This document shows, one piece after another, positions 28,866 through 39,787 of a stretch of 64,000 bases of DNA. This DNA comes from Candidatus Brocadiaceae bacterium (GTDB lineage Bacteria; Planctomycetota; Brocadiia; SM23-32). The first letter of the stretch is position 1, and each line of letters begins with the position of its first letter. The position numbers and the translations under genes were made by a program. The notes beneath the pieces are model-generated. The model was not told the origin of the DNA. It saw only the letters and a program-made list of their open reading frames with translations, and made no database searches. The DNA is taken from positions 22,023 to 86,022 of the forward strand of contig CAWDVO010000025.1 in NCBI GenBank assembly GCA_963805825.1. Direction: 5' to 3'.

Positions 28866-30453
28866 GCTCCCAGAGCGACACCGCCTGTGGCGGCAGCGCC
28901 GTCCGCAGCACAATGCGCCCCTCCCCCACCGTCAGTTCGCGCTCCGGCTCCATCGGCTCCAGCCCCTGGCGGGCCCGCAGCTCGGCGAGCTGCTCGTCGT
29001 CGGGCGCCGGCGGCCGGCCCATGCCGAGCCAGGCGGTGTAGGCGTTGCTGTGGTCGCGGTCGATGCGCCAGTGGCGGCAGCGCAGGCGGCCGGCGGGCAG
29101 GCCGGAGAGCGCCACCTCCACCTCGTGCGCGTCCGCGTAGGCCAGGTCCTCGCCGAAGTTCACGGCCATGACGCTTATGCGGCCGTCCGCGCTCGTAGTC
29201 GCCAGCACCTCCACCGGGGCATCCTCCGGCTCCTCGACCGCCAGCCGCCTCCCGCCCAGCCGCCCGAGCAGGCGCAGCGCGTTGAGGATCGGCTTGTCGA
29301 CCGACTCGCCCGTGATGAGCGTGCGCTGGCCCTCGAAGAACCGGTAGCCGGGGAAGTAGAACGTGTCCAGGAACGTGGCCTGGATGGGGTTGGCGGGGAA
29401 CTCGGCGCGCACGTCGAGCATGCGGCGGGCGAGCGCACACTGGAACGCCGCGAAGTACTCCGAGTTGCGGTAGTGCATGTTCGGATTGTGGTGGATCGAC
29501 GTGGCGGTGCCCCAATCGACGTCGCACTCGGTCAGGAAGACGGGGAGGCCCTCGGTGCCCGGGATGGAGGCGATGTCGCGCATGGCGCCGCGCGTGGCGT
29601 CGATGATGTGGCGCAGGGACGGGCTGCGGCGCTCGTATTCGGTGGTGCTCCATGGGTCGGAGAACTCGCCGATCTTGCCCGTCGGCCCGCCCTTCATGTG
29701 GAACGTGATGAAGTCGAGGGGCGCGCCTGTGCCGCCGGTGCAGTAGCTCTCGCCGGCGGTGCAATGCTCCAGAAACTGCCGGAAGATGGGATGGCGTGGG
29801 TCGGCCGGGCCGCAGCCGCCGACCTTCGCCGAGGGCAGCGCGTCCTTCACCGCCGCCGCCGCGTAGTCGTAGGTCTTGAGGAACTCCTCGGGCGTGGCCA
29901 GCCAGTAGAAGCGCAGGTCCGGCTCGTTCCAGAAGTCCCAGTACCACTGCGCGACGACATCCTCGCCGTAGCGCTCGACCTCGTGGCGCACCACGGCGCG
30001 GACGAGGTCGTACCACTTGTCATAGTCACGCGGCGGGTAGCGGTCGGCCTTCTTCCACGAATCAGCCAACTTCGCCTCCGGCGGCAGGTCGGCCTCCGTC
30101 GATCCCGGCGCGGCCGGGCGGGGCACCGCGCTAAGCGCTTTCGGCATGAAGCAGAGCCCGAAGAACGGGACGCTCTTCGGCCCCACGATGACGTCCATGA
30201 TCTGGTCCATCAGAGCGAAATCGTACGCGCCGTCGTTGTAGACGCCCGTGGCCTTGTCGATGCCGATGCCGTCGTTGAGCATACTCATCGTGCGGCGCAG
30301 CAGCGGCGCCTCGCAGATGCCCTCCAGCGTCCGCTGCAGTCGCACGCCCGTGCGCAGCAGGTTGTAGGCCATGTTGCCCATGACGGCGTGCGCCAGCGCG
30401 GGCACGTCGCCGGTTTCTTCGGTGCAGCGAACGGTGCAGCGGACGGTCGTCAT
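28852..30453 (-). CDS. Glycoside hydrolase family 39-like
   Basis: YPPRDY.KW, WNEPD acid/base, KVGG, LDFITFH, FLTE nucleophile, IDRDHSNAY. Confidence 0.85.
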   Translation of the reverse strand: MTTVRCTVRCTEETGDVPALAHAVMGNMAYNLLRTGVRLQRTLEGICEAPLLRRTMSMLNDGIGIDKATGVYNDGAYDFALMDQIMDVIVGPKSVPFFGLCFMPKALSAVPRPAAPGSTEADLPPEAKLADSWKKADRYPPRDYDKWYDLVRAVVRHEVERYGEDVVAQWYWDFWNEPDLRFYWLATPEEFLKTYDYAAAAVKDALPSAKVGGCGPADPRHPIFRQFLEHCTAGESYCTGGTGAPLDFITFHMKGGPTGKIGEFSDPWSTTEYERRSPSLRHIIDATRGAMRDIASIPGTEGLPVFLTECDVDWGTATSIHHNPNMHYRNSEYFAAFQCALARRMLDVRAEFPANPIQATFLDTFYFPGYRFFEGQRTLITGESVDKPILNALRLLGRLGGRRLAVEEPEDAPVEVLATTSADGRISVMAVNFGEDLAYADAHEVEVALSGLPAGRLRCRHWRIDRDHSNAYTAWLGMGRPPAPDDEQLAELRARQGLEPMEPERELTVGEGRIVLRTALPPQAVSLWELTPA

Positions 30454-30588
30454 GTGTGGATGCTCCCTTGATCTGGGCGAAGCCGGCGCCCTGCAGACGT
30501 GCCACGGCGGGCTCGCCCGCCGCACCCGGCAGCCCTCTGAACCGCTTCGTCAGCACGGCGGGGCAGGCCCGCCGCGGCGCACCCGGCT

Positions 30589-31518
30589 TCAGAGCGAATC
30601 GATGATTCCGCGCATGTATTCGGCCGCCATCTGTGCCTGGCTCTTCGCGTAGTCGAGGCACTCGTAGCGGTGGCCGGTCAGCACGGGGCTGCACAGCTCG
30701 TATCCGAAGTAGCCCTCGTAGCCGATGGTCTCGCGGGCGAGCCGCAGGTAAGCCGCCTCGCCCGCTCCGGCCGGCTTGCGCGGGTCCACGTTGTGGCGCA
30801 CGGCGCCGTCCGGCCCGCGCTCGAAACGCCCGCCGAAGTGAGAGAAGACCATCAGGTCCCCCGTCGCCTCCAGCGCCTCACGGTAGTGGTCCTCCGTCTG
30901 CACCTTGAAGAGCGGCTGGTCCAGGCAGACCTTCAGCGCAGGCGAGCCGACCTCGGCGACGAAGTCGAGCACGTCCTGGTAGTGCTCGGTGATGGGCGCG
31001 TGGTTCTGCAGGGCCAGCACCACGCCGGCCTCCTCCGCCATGCGGGCGGCCTCCGCCAGACAGTCACGCACGTAGCACCAGCGTTCCAACTGCGTTGTGC
31101 CGGGATAGCGGTGGTCGATATTGTAGCGGGCCACGTCGTAAGTGATGCAGCCGTCCCGGCGGGTAACGCCCGACCAGGCCGCGAAGACGCGCACGACCGG
31201 CGCGCCGAGGTCCACCGCCAGGCGGATCTGCTCGCGCGTCATCAGCAGCTCGTTCTCGCGGTGCTCGTCGATGGGGCTGGAGTAGTCGTTGTAAGCGGCC
31301 ACGCACGGAATCTCCAGGCCGTTGTCGTCGGCGGCCCGGCGGATGTCCCTGCGGACGGCGTCATCCAGGTCGATCGGGCAGCCGTGCGGACGCTTGCCCT
31401 CGATCTCGACGCCGTCGTAGCCCCACTCGCGCGCCAGCGGGAAGATGTCCGGCAGCGGCACGGCCGGGCCATCGTAGTAGCCGCCGCTGAGGGTGATGGT
31501 ATAAAGGGCGACCTTCAT
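30589..31518 (-). CDS. Sugar phosphate isomerase/epimerase (xylose isomerase-like TIM barrel)
   Basis: GYDGVE, LGAPVVRVF, LALQNH, LKVCLD, GYEG..GYE. Confidence 0.85.
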   Translation of the reverse strand: MKVALYTITLSGGYYDGPAVPLPDIFPLAREWGYDGVEIEGKRPHGCPIDLDDAVRRDIRRAADDNGLEIPCVAAYNDYSSPIDEHRENELLMTREQIRLAVDLGAPVVRVFAAWSGVTRRDGCITYDVARYNIDHRYPGTTQLERWCYVRDCLAEAARMAEEAGVVLALQNHAPITEHYQDVLDFVAEVGSPALKVCLDQPLFKVQTEDHYREALEATGDLMVFSHFGGRFERGPDGAVRHNVDPRKPAGAGEAAYLRLARETIGYEGYFGYELCSPVLTGHRYECLDYAKSQAQMAAEYMRGIIDSL

Positions 31519-31519
31519 T

Positions 31520-32786
31520 TCACTCGCTCCACCTGTAAGGTTCCATCAGTTCTGCCAGGAGCGCCTCCTCGGCCTCCTCGCCGTCTCCGTGCTCGCGCAC
31601 CAGGGCGCGCGCGTGGTCCTTGAACTCCTCCAGCGTCACCGCACGGCCGACCACCTGCGACAGGTAGGCCGCGTCGCACATGGCGATGATGTCCGCGCCG
31701 AACTCCACCCCCGCCGCCGGCGCGACGCCCGCGCGTACGCAGTCGATGAAGCTCTCGATCTCGCCTAACACCGAGATGCTCTCGCCCGGGTACTCGCGCA
31801 GCGGAACCGTCGTCTCGCCGCCGTCCCAGCGCCGCACGGCGATCGAGGTCGCATCGGCCGTCTCGATCACGCCCTCGTCGCCCTCCAGCCGGATGTAGCC
31901 GCCGGCCTGGCCGCCGGGCTTCTGCGGGTGCGGGCCGATGTGGCCGCCGCACCAGGTCGCCTCCAGGTAGATTGTCACCCAGGAGCCGTCATGCGCGTCT
32001 TCCATCAGCACCTTCACACACGCGTTGTCTTCGACCTCCATCCGCACCGGCTCGCCCTCCAGCACGCGGTGGGGGAACCGGACCTCGATGCCGACCGACT
32101 CGACACGCGTGGGCCGGAGGGCATCCCCAAGGATGAACCACGAGCCGGCCAGCCCGTGCGAGCCGTAGTCCATCAGGCAGCCGCCGCCGTTGTCGAGCGC
32201 GCTCGCCTGGCTCTTCAGCACGGTGGTCGCGTCGAGCTTCGAGCCACGGATCAGCCAGAGGCTCTGCGGACGGCCGACGGCGCCGCCGCGCACCAGTTCG
32301 CGCAGCGCCAGGTACTTCGGGTCGAAGAGGCTGTCGTCGTTGAGCTGGAAGAAGACGTCCGGCCGCTCGGCGAAGGCGCGGGCGGCGCGGTCCGCCTCGA
32401 TCCACGTGCGGGCCATCGGCTTCTCGGCCATGCAGTGGACGCCCTTCGCCAGCGCGGCCAGCGCGACGGCCATCCGCCCGCGGCTGTGCGTGCAGACGTC
32501 GACCGCGTCCACCGCGTCCAGCAGCTCGTCCAGGCTCGTGCAGCACCGCAGCTCGGACAGGTTCTCCCTCACGCTCTCGGCGGCGTCGGGATGGGCGGAC
32601 GCGTAGTCCTCCAGGAGCTTTCGGGTACTTCTCGCACGCCTGCTGCGCGCGGGCGGGGTCCAGGTCGTGGAACGCCGTCAGCCGCGCCTTGCGCCAGAGC
32701 TGCGGGTAGGGCTCCAGGTGCGCCCACTGGAAGATGCGGCCGGTGCCGACGCCGCCCACGCGGATGATGCCGTCTCTCTCAGGCAC
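31520..32786 (-). CDS. Gfo/Idh/MocA oxidoreductase; frameshift near 32620
   Basis: IRVGGVGTGRI NAD motif, EKPMA, GGGCLMDYGSH. Confidence 0.87.
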
Positions 32787-32809
32787 GTGCGTCCTCCTCT
32801 TTGCATCCG

Positions 32810-34804
32810 TCACAACGCGGGCACAAAGTGCAGCGCCAGCGCGCTCTCCTCCTCCAGCCGCAGCCGCACGCCGCGCTCCATCAGCCGGCTCCCGCTCTCG
32901 ACCATGGGCCGGCGGCCCGAGAACGGGTCGCGCACCTCGTAGCTTGCACTGGCCCACAGCCCCATCGGGTGTACCGTCAGCGTGTCCTGCCCGCCGCGGA
33001 CGCGGTAGGCCAGCACGACGGCCTCGGCGCTGTCCGGGTCGACGAACTCGACCGCGTCCCAGTCGCCCGGCCCGCGCGGGTACGGCGTCAGGGCGTGGAA
33101 GTCCTTCATCAGCAGGTGGCGGTAGGTGCGGAAACCGTCGAGGTGCAGCCGGACCATCTGCACCTGCTCGGCCGGCCAGTTCGCGATATGGCCGCTGAAC
33201 GTGATCGAGCCGGCCATGCGGCTGATCAGCTCCAGCGGGCCGACGGCGCACTCCGGGTCTTCCGCCGCGACGTAGAGCGAGCTGTTCATGTAGTTGCCGG
33301 GCAGCACGCGCGCGCCGCCGGTCTGCATGGCGCGGCAGATGTGCGGGTCCTCGGCGTGGTCGCTGATGACCATGGTGCCGGCTCGCCGCAGCGTGCCGAA
33401 GTCGACGCGCTGGCCGCCGCCGGCGCAGTTGTCGATCATCAGGTGCGGGTGGCGCTCAAGCAGCGTGTCGAGCACGCGGTAGAGGCCCTCGAAGTGGGCG
33501 AACGCCACCTTGCCGGTCGGGTCGACGGCGTCGAAGAACGGGCCGGGCGCGTGGTTGTTGTCCCACCGCAGCCAGCGGATGTCGAGTCGGCTGATCCATG
33601 CGCTGAGCATGGCGATCAGGCCGTCCTGCGCGTCGCGGCGGGTCAGGTTCAGGTGCAGGTTGGGACCGCGGCCGAGGTCCCAGAACCAGTCGGCGTGCTG
33701 CGTGGCCCAGTCCGAGCCACGCCGGGCGCGCTCCGGCTCGAACCACAGGCCGAAGCCCATGCCCCGCGCGCGCACGTACTCCGAGACGGCCTCCAACCCG
33801 CGCGGGAACTTGCCCTCGTCGATGCGCTCCCAGTTCCCCACGCCGTCGGCGTAGAACTGCGTCGCGCTGCCGTACCAGCCGGCGTCGATGACGAAATACT
33901 CGCAGCCCAGCTCGGCGGCGCGGTCGGCCTGGCGGCAGAGCAGGTCCTCGCTGATCCGCTCGTGGATGCCGAACCAGTGGTCGTAGGCGACAAGCGGCTG
34001 CGGGCGGCGGCCCTGCACGTCGGGGGCGTGGACCTCGGCGACGTAGCGGCGGACGCTGTTCGTCGCCTCCTCCCTGCCGCCGGCGAAGACGCCCACGTGC
34101 GCGCGCGGCAGCCGCACGCTCTCGCCCGGCTCCAGCACCATGTCCTGCACGGTCGGCCCGCCGCGCAGGACGAAGCGCCAGTCCTCGCGGTTGCCCATCT
34201 CCGTGCGCCAGCGGCCGGACCACTCCATCGCGGCCCACAGGCCGACGCCGCGCCCGCCCTCCCCCCAGCCGGCGAACAGGACGGGCAGGTTCGGGTTGGA
34301 GCTGCGGCCCTCGGGGCTGGAGCGCAGCGTATAGGTGCCTTTGCCCGTCCACCAGCGGTGGAAGCCGATGGTGCGCGGCAGCCAGTCCCGCGCCTTGCCG
34401 AAGCAGACGGGCTCCGGCCGGTAGGCGCGCGGCGGGTAGAAGCCGTCCGTCACGCCGCCGCCGAAGCCGCAGGCCCAGGGCTCGTCGCCGACCGTGACGG
34501 AGAGCGGCACGTAGAACGCCTCGACCTCGCGAATGGGCGGGCTCGGCGCGTCGCCGGTGTTCGTCAGCGTGACGGCCTGCGCGGCCACGCCGTGCGCCTC
34601 GCTGCACTCGATCCGCACGTCGGCCACCAGGCCCGTGCCCTGCACGACGTAGCGGCCGGGACGGTCGGCCGGCTCGATGCGGGCGTCGCCCTCGGCAAGG
34701 CCGATGCGGAAGCCGGGGCCGTCGGGCAGCGTCGCCGGCCCGATGCGGGACAGGACGCCGGCGAGGGTCCCGCCTTCACGCGCGGGCTGGAGCTGTTTCT
34801 TCAC
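32810..34804 (-). CDS. Alpha-galactosidase, GH36 family
   Basis: FVIDAGWY, KFPRGL, GLWFEPE, RWDNN, DNCAGGGQRVD. GTG start after GGAGG. Confidence 0.9.
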   Translation of the reverse strand: MKKQLQPAREGGTLAGVLSRIGPATLPDGPGFRIGLAEGDARIEPADRPGRYVVQGTGLVADVRIECSEAHGVAAQAVTLTNTGDAPSPPIREVEAFYVPLSVTVGDEPWACGFGGGVTDGFYPPRAYRPEPVCFGKARDWLPRTIGFHRWWTGKGTYTLRSSPEGRSSNPNLPVLFAGWGEGGRGVGLWAAMEWSGRWRTEMGNREDWRFVLRGGPTVQDMVLEPGESVRLPRAHVGVFAGGREEATNSVRRYVAEVHAPDVQGRRPQPLVAYDHWFGIHERISEDLLCRQADRAAELGCEYFVIDAGWYGSATQFYADGVGNWERIDEGKFPRGLEAVSEYVRARGMGFGLWFEPERARRGSDWATQHADWFWDLGRGPNLHLNLTRRDAQDGLIAMLSAWISRLDIRWLRWDNNHAPGPFFDAVDPTGKVAFAHFEGLYRVLDTLLERHPHLMIDNCAGGGQRVDFGTLRRAGTMVISDHAEDPHICRAMQTGGARVLPGNYMNSSLYVAAEDPECAVGPLELISRMAGSITFSGHIANWPAEQVQMVRLHLDGFRTYRHLLMKDFHALTPYPRGPGDWDAVEFVDPDSAEAVVLAYRVRGGQDTLTVHPMGLWASASYEVRDPFSGRRPMVESGSRLMERGVRLRLEEESALALHFVPAL

Positions 34805-34863
34805 ACTGTGCCTCCGGCATGGGGACGTGCGCAGTGTAGCGGCCGACGGGCCGGCGCGCAACG

Positions 34864-35862
34864 TCAGCGGTAGCGGTAGGCGACGAGATGGCGCGCCTCG
34901 ATCAGGAGCAGGACGGCAAAGAGGGCCGCCGCATAGCGCAGCGAGGGGTCGCGCAGCGCCAGGCGCAGCAGCAGGACGGCGGGCACGACGCGGAAGAGCG
35001 CGGTCGTCAGACCGAGGTAGTGCCAGGGCAGCTCGGCCACCAGGGCCGTGGGCTCCGGCCGCCGGCGCGCGCGGGCGACGTGGAACGCCATGCCGGCTAC
35101 CGTGAGAAGCGCGCCTCCGCCGACCGCCCAGCCCCACGAGCCGGCCGCCGCAGCGGAGCAGGCCACTCCGCCGGCCATCGCCAGGGACGCGAGCGCCGCC
35201 GCCCAGGCCAGGGCCTGGCGCGCCGTCCGTTCCCCCACCGCCACGGCGAAGGTGCGGGCGCCGGTCGCGCGATCGGCCTCCGCGTCGATGACCTGGTGGA
35301 AGTGCAGGTTGACCCACTTGTCCAGCAGAACGGCCGGGCAGACGGCGGCCAGCACCCAGGCCGGCGCGCGCGACCAAACCCAAGGGAGCACGGCGTAGGC
35401 GAGGCAGGAGGAGACGGCGTATGTGCCCGGGCCCCAAAGGCCGCGCACCTTCAGGCGCAGCGGCGGCAGCGAGTAGGCGAAGGCGAGCGCGACGGCGACG
35501 ACGTAGACGCCGGCCGTGACCGCGCCGCCTGCAGCCGCCCAGATCAGGGCCAGCCCCGCCAGCACCGGCGCAGCCGCCGCGCCCCACGCCGCCCAACCGG
35601 GCAACGCGCCGACCCAGCGGCCCTTGCCCGCTGCGGCGTCCTGCGGGCGATCGACAACGTCGTTACAGAGGATGGCTGCCAGCGCCCAGCAGGCCGCCGC
35701 CCCGAAAGCGGCCAGCGGCACGGCCCAGCCGCCTTGGCCGCCGGCCGCCAGGCAGAGGGAGAGCGGCCAGTAGACGTGGATGGCCTTGACGATCCCGCGG
35801 GGGCCCACGAGCACGTCCGCCGCGACGCGGACGGGCGATGCGGCCGGGGCCTCAGTGCTCAC
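34864..35862 (-). CDS. UbiA-family membrane prenyltransferase
   Basis: NDVVDRPQD, YSLPPLRLK, HQVIDAEADRATGART. Multi-TM. Confidence 0.85.
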   Translation of the reverse strand: MSTEAPAASPVRVAADVLVGPRGIVKAIHVYWPLSLCLAAGGQGGWAVPLAAFGAAACWALAAILCNDVVDRPQDAAAGKGRWVGALPGWAAWGAAAAPVLAGLALIWAAAGGAVTAGVYVVAVALAFAYSLPPLRLKVRGLWGPGTYAVSSCLAYAVLPWVWSRAPAWVLAAVCPAVLLDKWVNLHFHQVIDAEADRATGARTFAVAVGERTARQALAWAAALASLAMAGGVACSAAAAGSWGWAVGGGALLTVAGMAFHVARARRRPEPTALVAELPWHYLGLTTALFRVVPAVLLLRLALRDPSLRYAAALFAVLLLIEARHLVAYRYR

Positions 35863-36968
35863 GTCGGCCGGCCTCCACGGCGCGGGCCCTGCTGTGCCTC
35901 AGCGGGCAGGCCGCATCCTCGCCGTCCACGAGGCCGGTCATTGCGATGGCCGCCGCCCGGCAGCCGCCGCCGCAGACCGCCACCTGCGGGCAGTCCGCGC
36001 AGAGGCCGTGCCCCTCGGGGTGGCGCAGCAACTGGCAGATGGGCGAGTTCTCGAACACGTCCGCCAGGTCGTCGGTGCGCACGTTGCCCATGCGGGCCTG
36101 AGGCACGTCCATGCAGACGCAGGGCGAGATGGCGCCGTCCGGATGGATGGCCAGCCGGTCGCGGCCGGCGCCGCAGCCCTTGTGGACGATGCGCACCCGC
36201 TCGGCCAGCCGCACCATCACGGGATGGTACTGCGCCCACGGGATGTAGGTCTCGATGAGCCAGCGCTTCGGCAGCGCGACGAAGTGGTCGAAGACGGGCG
36301 CCAGCACCGAGAGGGCGTCGCTGTCCTGCGCGTAGGCGCCGTCCGTGCGGTGCGTGTGGACGGGGATGTGGACGGTGACGGTGCTCCAGCCCTCCGCGAG
36401 GGCGCGGTCGAGCAGGCCGGGGATGCCGCCGAGCGTCTCCGGCGAGAGGCGCGTGGAGACCGTCGTGTGGAACCCGTTCTCCTGCATGAGCCGGAGCGCG
36501 CCCAGGACGCGGTCCAGCATGTCCGGCGAGGTGCCGTGGGTCTCGGCGTAGAGCGGCCGGGTCGAGCGTGTCGATGCTGACTTGGAAGGACTTGACCAGC
36601 GTCCGCTCGCGCAGGGACTGCGCAGCACGTCGGCGTCGATCAGGCTGCCATTGGTGGCGATGCGGGCGGTCACCTGCCGGGCGGCCATCCGCCTGCAGGA
36701 TGTCGAGCAGGTCGGGCCGGGCGAAGGGCTCGCCGCCGGAGATGATGACGTCCCGGACGCCGCGCTCCGCCGCGCGGTCGACCAGCCGCAGGGCCTCGTC
36801 GGGCGTCAATTCGTCCGGCAGGGCCGGGCCGGCGTCGGCGAAGCAGATCGGGCAGCGGTAGTTGCAGGCGTAGGTGACGTTCCAGTAGAGGACGCGCAGC
36901 GGCATGGGCTCCATCCAGGAGCGCTCGCCGATGGTGCTGGGGGTGAGCTTCAGCTTGACGTCAAGCAT
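35852..36968 (-). CDS. Radical SAM protein with full SPASM domain; frameshifts at 36570-36690
   Basis: TYACNYRCPIC, SGGEPF, ATNG, QVSID, CGAG...DGAISPC, CADC...CGGGCRA. Confidence 0.88.
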
Positions 36969-37886
36969 GCCCGACCTCCACGTGCGACGGCGAAGGGGTC
37001 GCATGACTCGCAGGGCACGCCGTTCATGCAGAGCGCGCAGCCGAGAGAGTAGCCGGCATCGCGCTGCCGGACTTGACGACGGGCGCCTTCAGCATGTGCA
37101 TCTCGGCCGCGTAGGCGTCCATGCACTGCTCGCGCACGGCCTCCGCATCCCGTCAGCAGCGCGCCTTGTCCATGCCCTCGGCCGAGACGGCGCCGACCGG
37201 GCAGCGCTCCATGCACTTGCCGCAGAGCCGGCCGCCGGAGGCGCGGCACGGGGCGCGGTGGTCGTCATACGGCGCGGGCGTGGGCTCCACGTCCAGGTCG
37301 GTCACGACGCTGCCGATGCGGGCGCTGCTGCCGCGCGGGGTGATGAGGGCGTTATTGAGTCCGAAGCGCCCGAGCCCCGCCGCGAACGCCGCGTGGCGCT
37401 CGGACCAGGTGGAGGAGTAGGTGTGCTCGGGCGAGCGGAAGGCGTTGTAGGCGGCGCTCAGGATGGGTGCGACGGCCGCAGAGCCTTCGTCGCTCAGCAG
37501 TTGCACCACGCGCTCCCGCAGCAGGTGGTTCAGCGCCCCGCCGTTGTTGCGCGCCAGCGAGTAGAGGCGCGAGGGCCAGCGGCCCGCGCGGTTCGATTCC
37601 CGCACGCCCTCGGCGAACGGCAGCGCCCAGACCACCACCCGCACGCGCTCGACGGCGGCCGCCGTGCGCCTGCTCCAGCAGTTCGCGCGGCAGGATGTGG
37701 TCCTGGCTGACGACCTCGCGGAAGCGCGCGAAGAGCGGGTCGTCGCCGTCGGCCACGCCGACGAGGGGAGGCTCGTAGATGGCCTGGCCGGCGTAATCGG
37801 CCAGCCGGTTCTCGGGCGCGTCGGCCACCAGGCGCCCTATGGCCCGGCTCAGCCAGCCTGAGTAACCGCTTTCGCGCCCACCGCAT
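36950..37886 (-). CDS. Epoxyqueuosine-reductase-like 4Fe-4S protein; several frameshifts
   Basis: IYEPPLVGVADGDDPLF, WSERHAAFAAGLGRFGL, CGKCMERCPVGA, CALC..GVPCE. Boundaries approximate. Confidence 0.75.
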
Positions 37887-37952
37887 CTCCCCTGTCCGCA
37901 GGTGCACGCATAGTCTACCTGAGGCGCGGGCTATCTGCAACAGACGCGCGCC

Positions 37953-37982
37953 TTGACCTGCGCCGCGCGGCGCTGATATAGT
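37953..37982 (+). promoter_or_regulatory. Promoter of the GT2 gene, near-leaderless
   Basis: TTGACC - 18 bp - TGn-extended TATAGT. ATG follows 8 nt later with no SD sequence. Confidence 0.55.
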
Positions 37983-37990
37983 CCCTGAAC

Positions 37991-38691
37991 ATGGCGGACT
38001 CAGGCCCCAGACTGTCGGTCGTCATACCCGGTCTACAACGAGGCGGCGACCATCGCCGAGTTGGTCCGGCGCGTGCAGGCGACGGGGATGGCCGGCGAGA
38101 TCATCGTCGTCGACGACGGCTCGACGGACGGCACGGTCGAACGCGTGCGCGCGCTGGAGACGGGAGCACGCGAACGTGCGCGCGTTCTTCCACGAGCGCA
38201 ACCGCGGCAAGGGGGCGGCGCTGCGCACGGGCTTCGCGGCCGTCACGGGCGACGTGGTCATCATCCAGGACGCCGACCTGGAGTACGACCCGGCCGAATA
38301 CGGCAAGCTCCTGGAGCCGATACTGGCGGGCGAGGCGGACGTCGTCTTCGGCTCCCGCTTCCTGGGCGGGCCGCACCGCGTGCTGCTCTTCTGGCACTAC
38401 GTCGGCAACCGCCTGCTGACGCTGCTCTCGAACGCGCTCAACAACCTGAACCTGAGCGACATGGAGACCTGCTACAAGGCATTCCGCGCCGACGTGCTCC
38501 GGGACATCGAGCTCAAGAGCGACCGCTTCGAGTTCGAGCCGGAGATCACGGCCAAGGTCGCCCGCCGCCGGCTGCGCATCTACGAGGTGCCCATCAGCTA
38601 CCACGGCCGCGGCTACGACGAGGGCAAGAAGATCACCTGGCGCGACGGGCTGGGCGCCCTCTGGGCCATCGTCAGGTTCCGCTTCTTCTGA
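37991..38691 (+). CDS. Glycosyltransferase family 2 (DPM-synthase-like); frameshifts
   Basis: [48 protein letters not shown]. Confidence 0.9.
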
Positions 38692-39362
38692 TGTCCTGCG
38701 CCGGCTCCAGCCGGTAGATGGAGAAGGTCTCGAAGCACGCCCTCTTCCGCGCGACGACCTCCCAGCGCCAGCCCGTCGCCTCCGCCAGTCCGCAGCACGC
38801 GCTCCGGCCCGGCCAGCGAGGAGTAGACCATCTGGACGTAACCGCCGGGCGCCAGCCAACGGCCGGCCTCCGCCAGGAACCGGCGTGCCAGCGCCTTGCC
38901 CGGGTCGTTGAGCGCATGGTCGAACGGCCGCCTCAGGGCGCCTTCGAAGTAGGGCGGCGTGAAGAGGATCACGTCGAAGCGCCCGCCGGGCGGCAGCGCC
39001 GCGAAGAGGTCACTTTGCAGCACCTCCACGCGGCCCGCCAGGCCGTTGCGGGCCACGTTCTCCCGCGCGCACCGCACCGCCGCCGGGTTGACGTCGACCG
39101 CCACGACCCGACGCGCCGCGCGGGCGGCCGTCACGGCCAGGATGCCGGAGCCCGTCCCCATGTCCAGCACGGCGTCACCCGGCCCCACGCGGATGTTGCG
39201 GGCCATGAACTTGCTGGTGACGAAGAACCGGGGGTTGAAGACGTCCGGGGTGACGATGTAGGTGTCCCCCACCACGCGCACCGTGTGCGGCCCGAACCTC
39301 TGCACGAGCCGCACCGCGCAGGCGGCCAGGCGCTGCCGCAGATGGTTGCCCGATCGGGACAT
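38672..39362 (-). CDS. Class I SAM methyltransferase (HemK/N6-like); frameshift near 38790
   Basis: [26 protein letters not shown] (NPPY variant). Confidence 0.82.
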
Positions 39363-39462
39363 AACCGACAGCCCACTTGCCCGGAGATCCCCGCCGCGGA
39401 CCGGAGACGGATTCTAAGAGCGGCCCGCGCAGCGGTCAAATGCGCCCGGCGGCGCCCGTCCG

Positions 39463-39491
39463 TTGACTCGCTGCCGCCCGCCGGTTAGCAT
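39463..39491 (+). promoter_or_regulatory. tRNA promoter
   Basis: TTGACT - 17 bp - TAGCAT, ending 7 nt before the tRNA. Confidence 0.65.
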
Positions 39492-39498
39492 AGCCGTC

Positions 39499-39592
39499 GG
39501 AGAGGTGTCCGAGTGGCCGATGGAGCGCGGTTGGAAACCGCGTGTACCGGTATCCTCCGGTACCGGGGGTTCGACTCCCCCCCTCTCCGCCA
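39499..39592 (+). tRNA. tRNA-Ser(GGA)
   Basis: GGAGAGG/CCTCTCC acceptor stem, anticodon arm CGCGG-TTGGAAA-CCGCG, long variable arm GTACCGG..CCGGTAC, GGTTCGACTCC, encoded CCA. Confidence 0.96.
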
Positions 39593-39787
39593 CCTCTCCT
39601 GAACGCCTAACGTTCTGTGTGATATGGGGTTAGGATATTCGGCGTCAGGTTCGGGTCGAGCACCGGCCGTACCCCCAAACCACGTGACCAGCCGTCGCCA
39701 GCGTGGCGGCCTTCCCGCCTTTCGGTGCATCGGCGGCCCCGAAGTCGAACTGAAGCCTCCCGCTCAGCCGGAGTCCGGCCCTTCCGG

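Noticed and set aside
27748-37000. RiPP system based on the two SPASM/twitch radical SAM genes
   Set aside because: No precursor peptide, RRE/PqqD domain, peptidase or dedicated exporter was recognised beside either gene.
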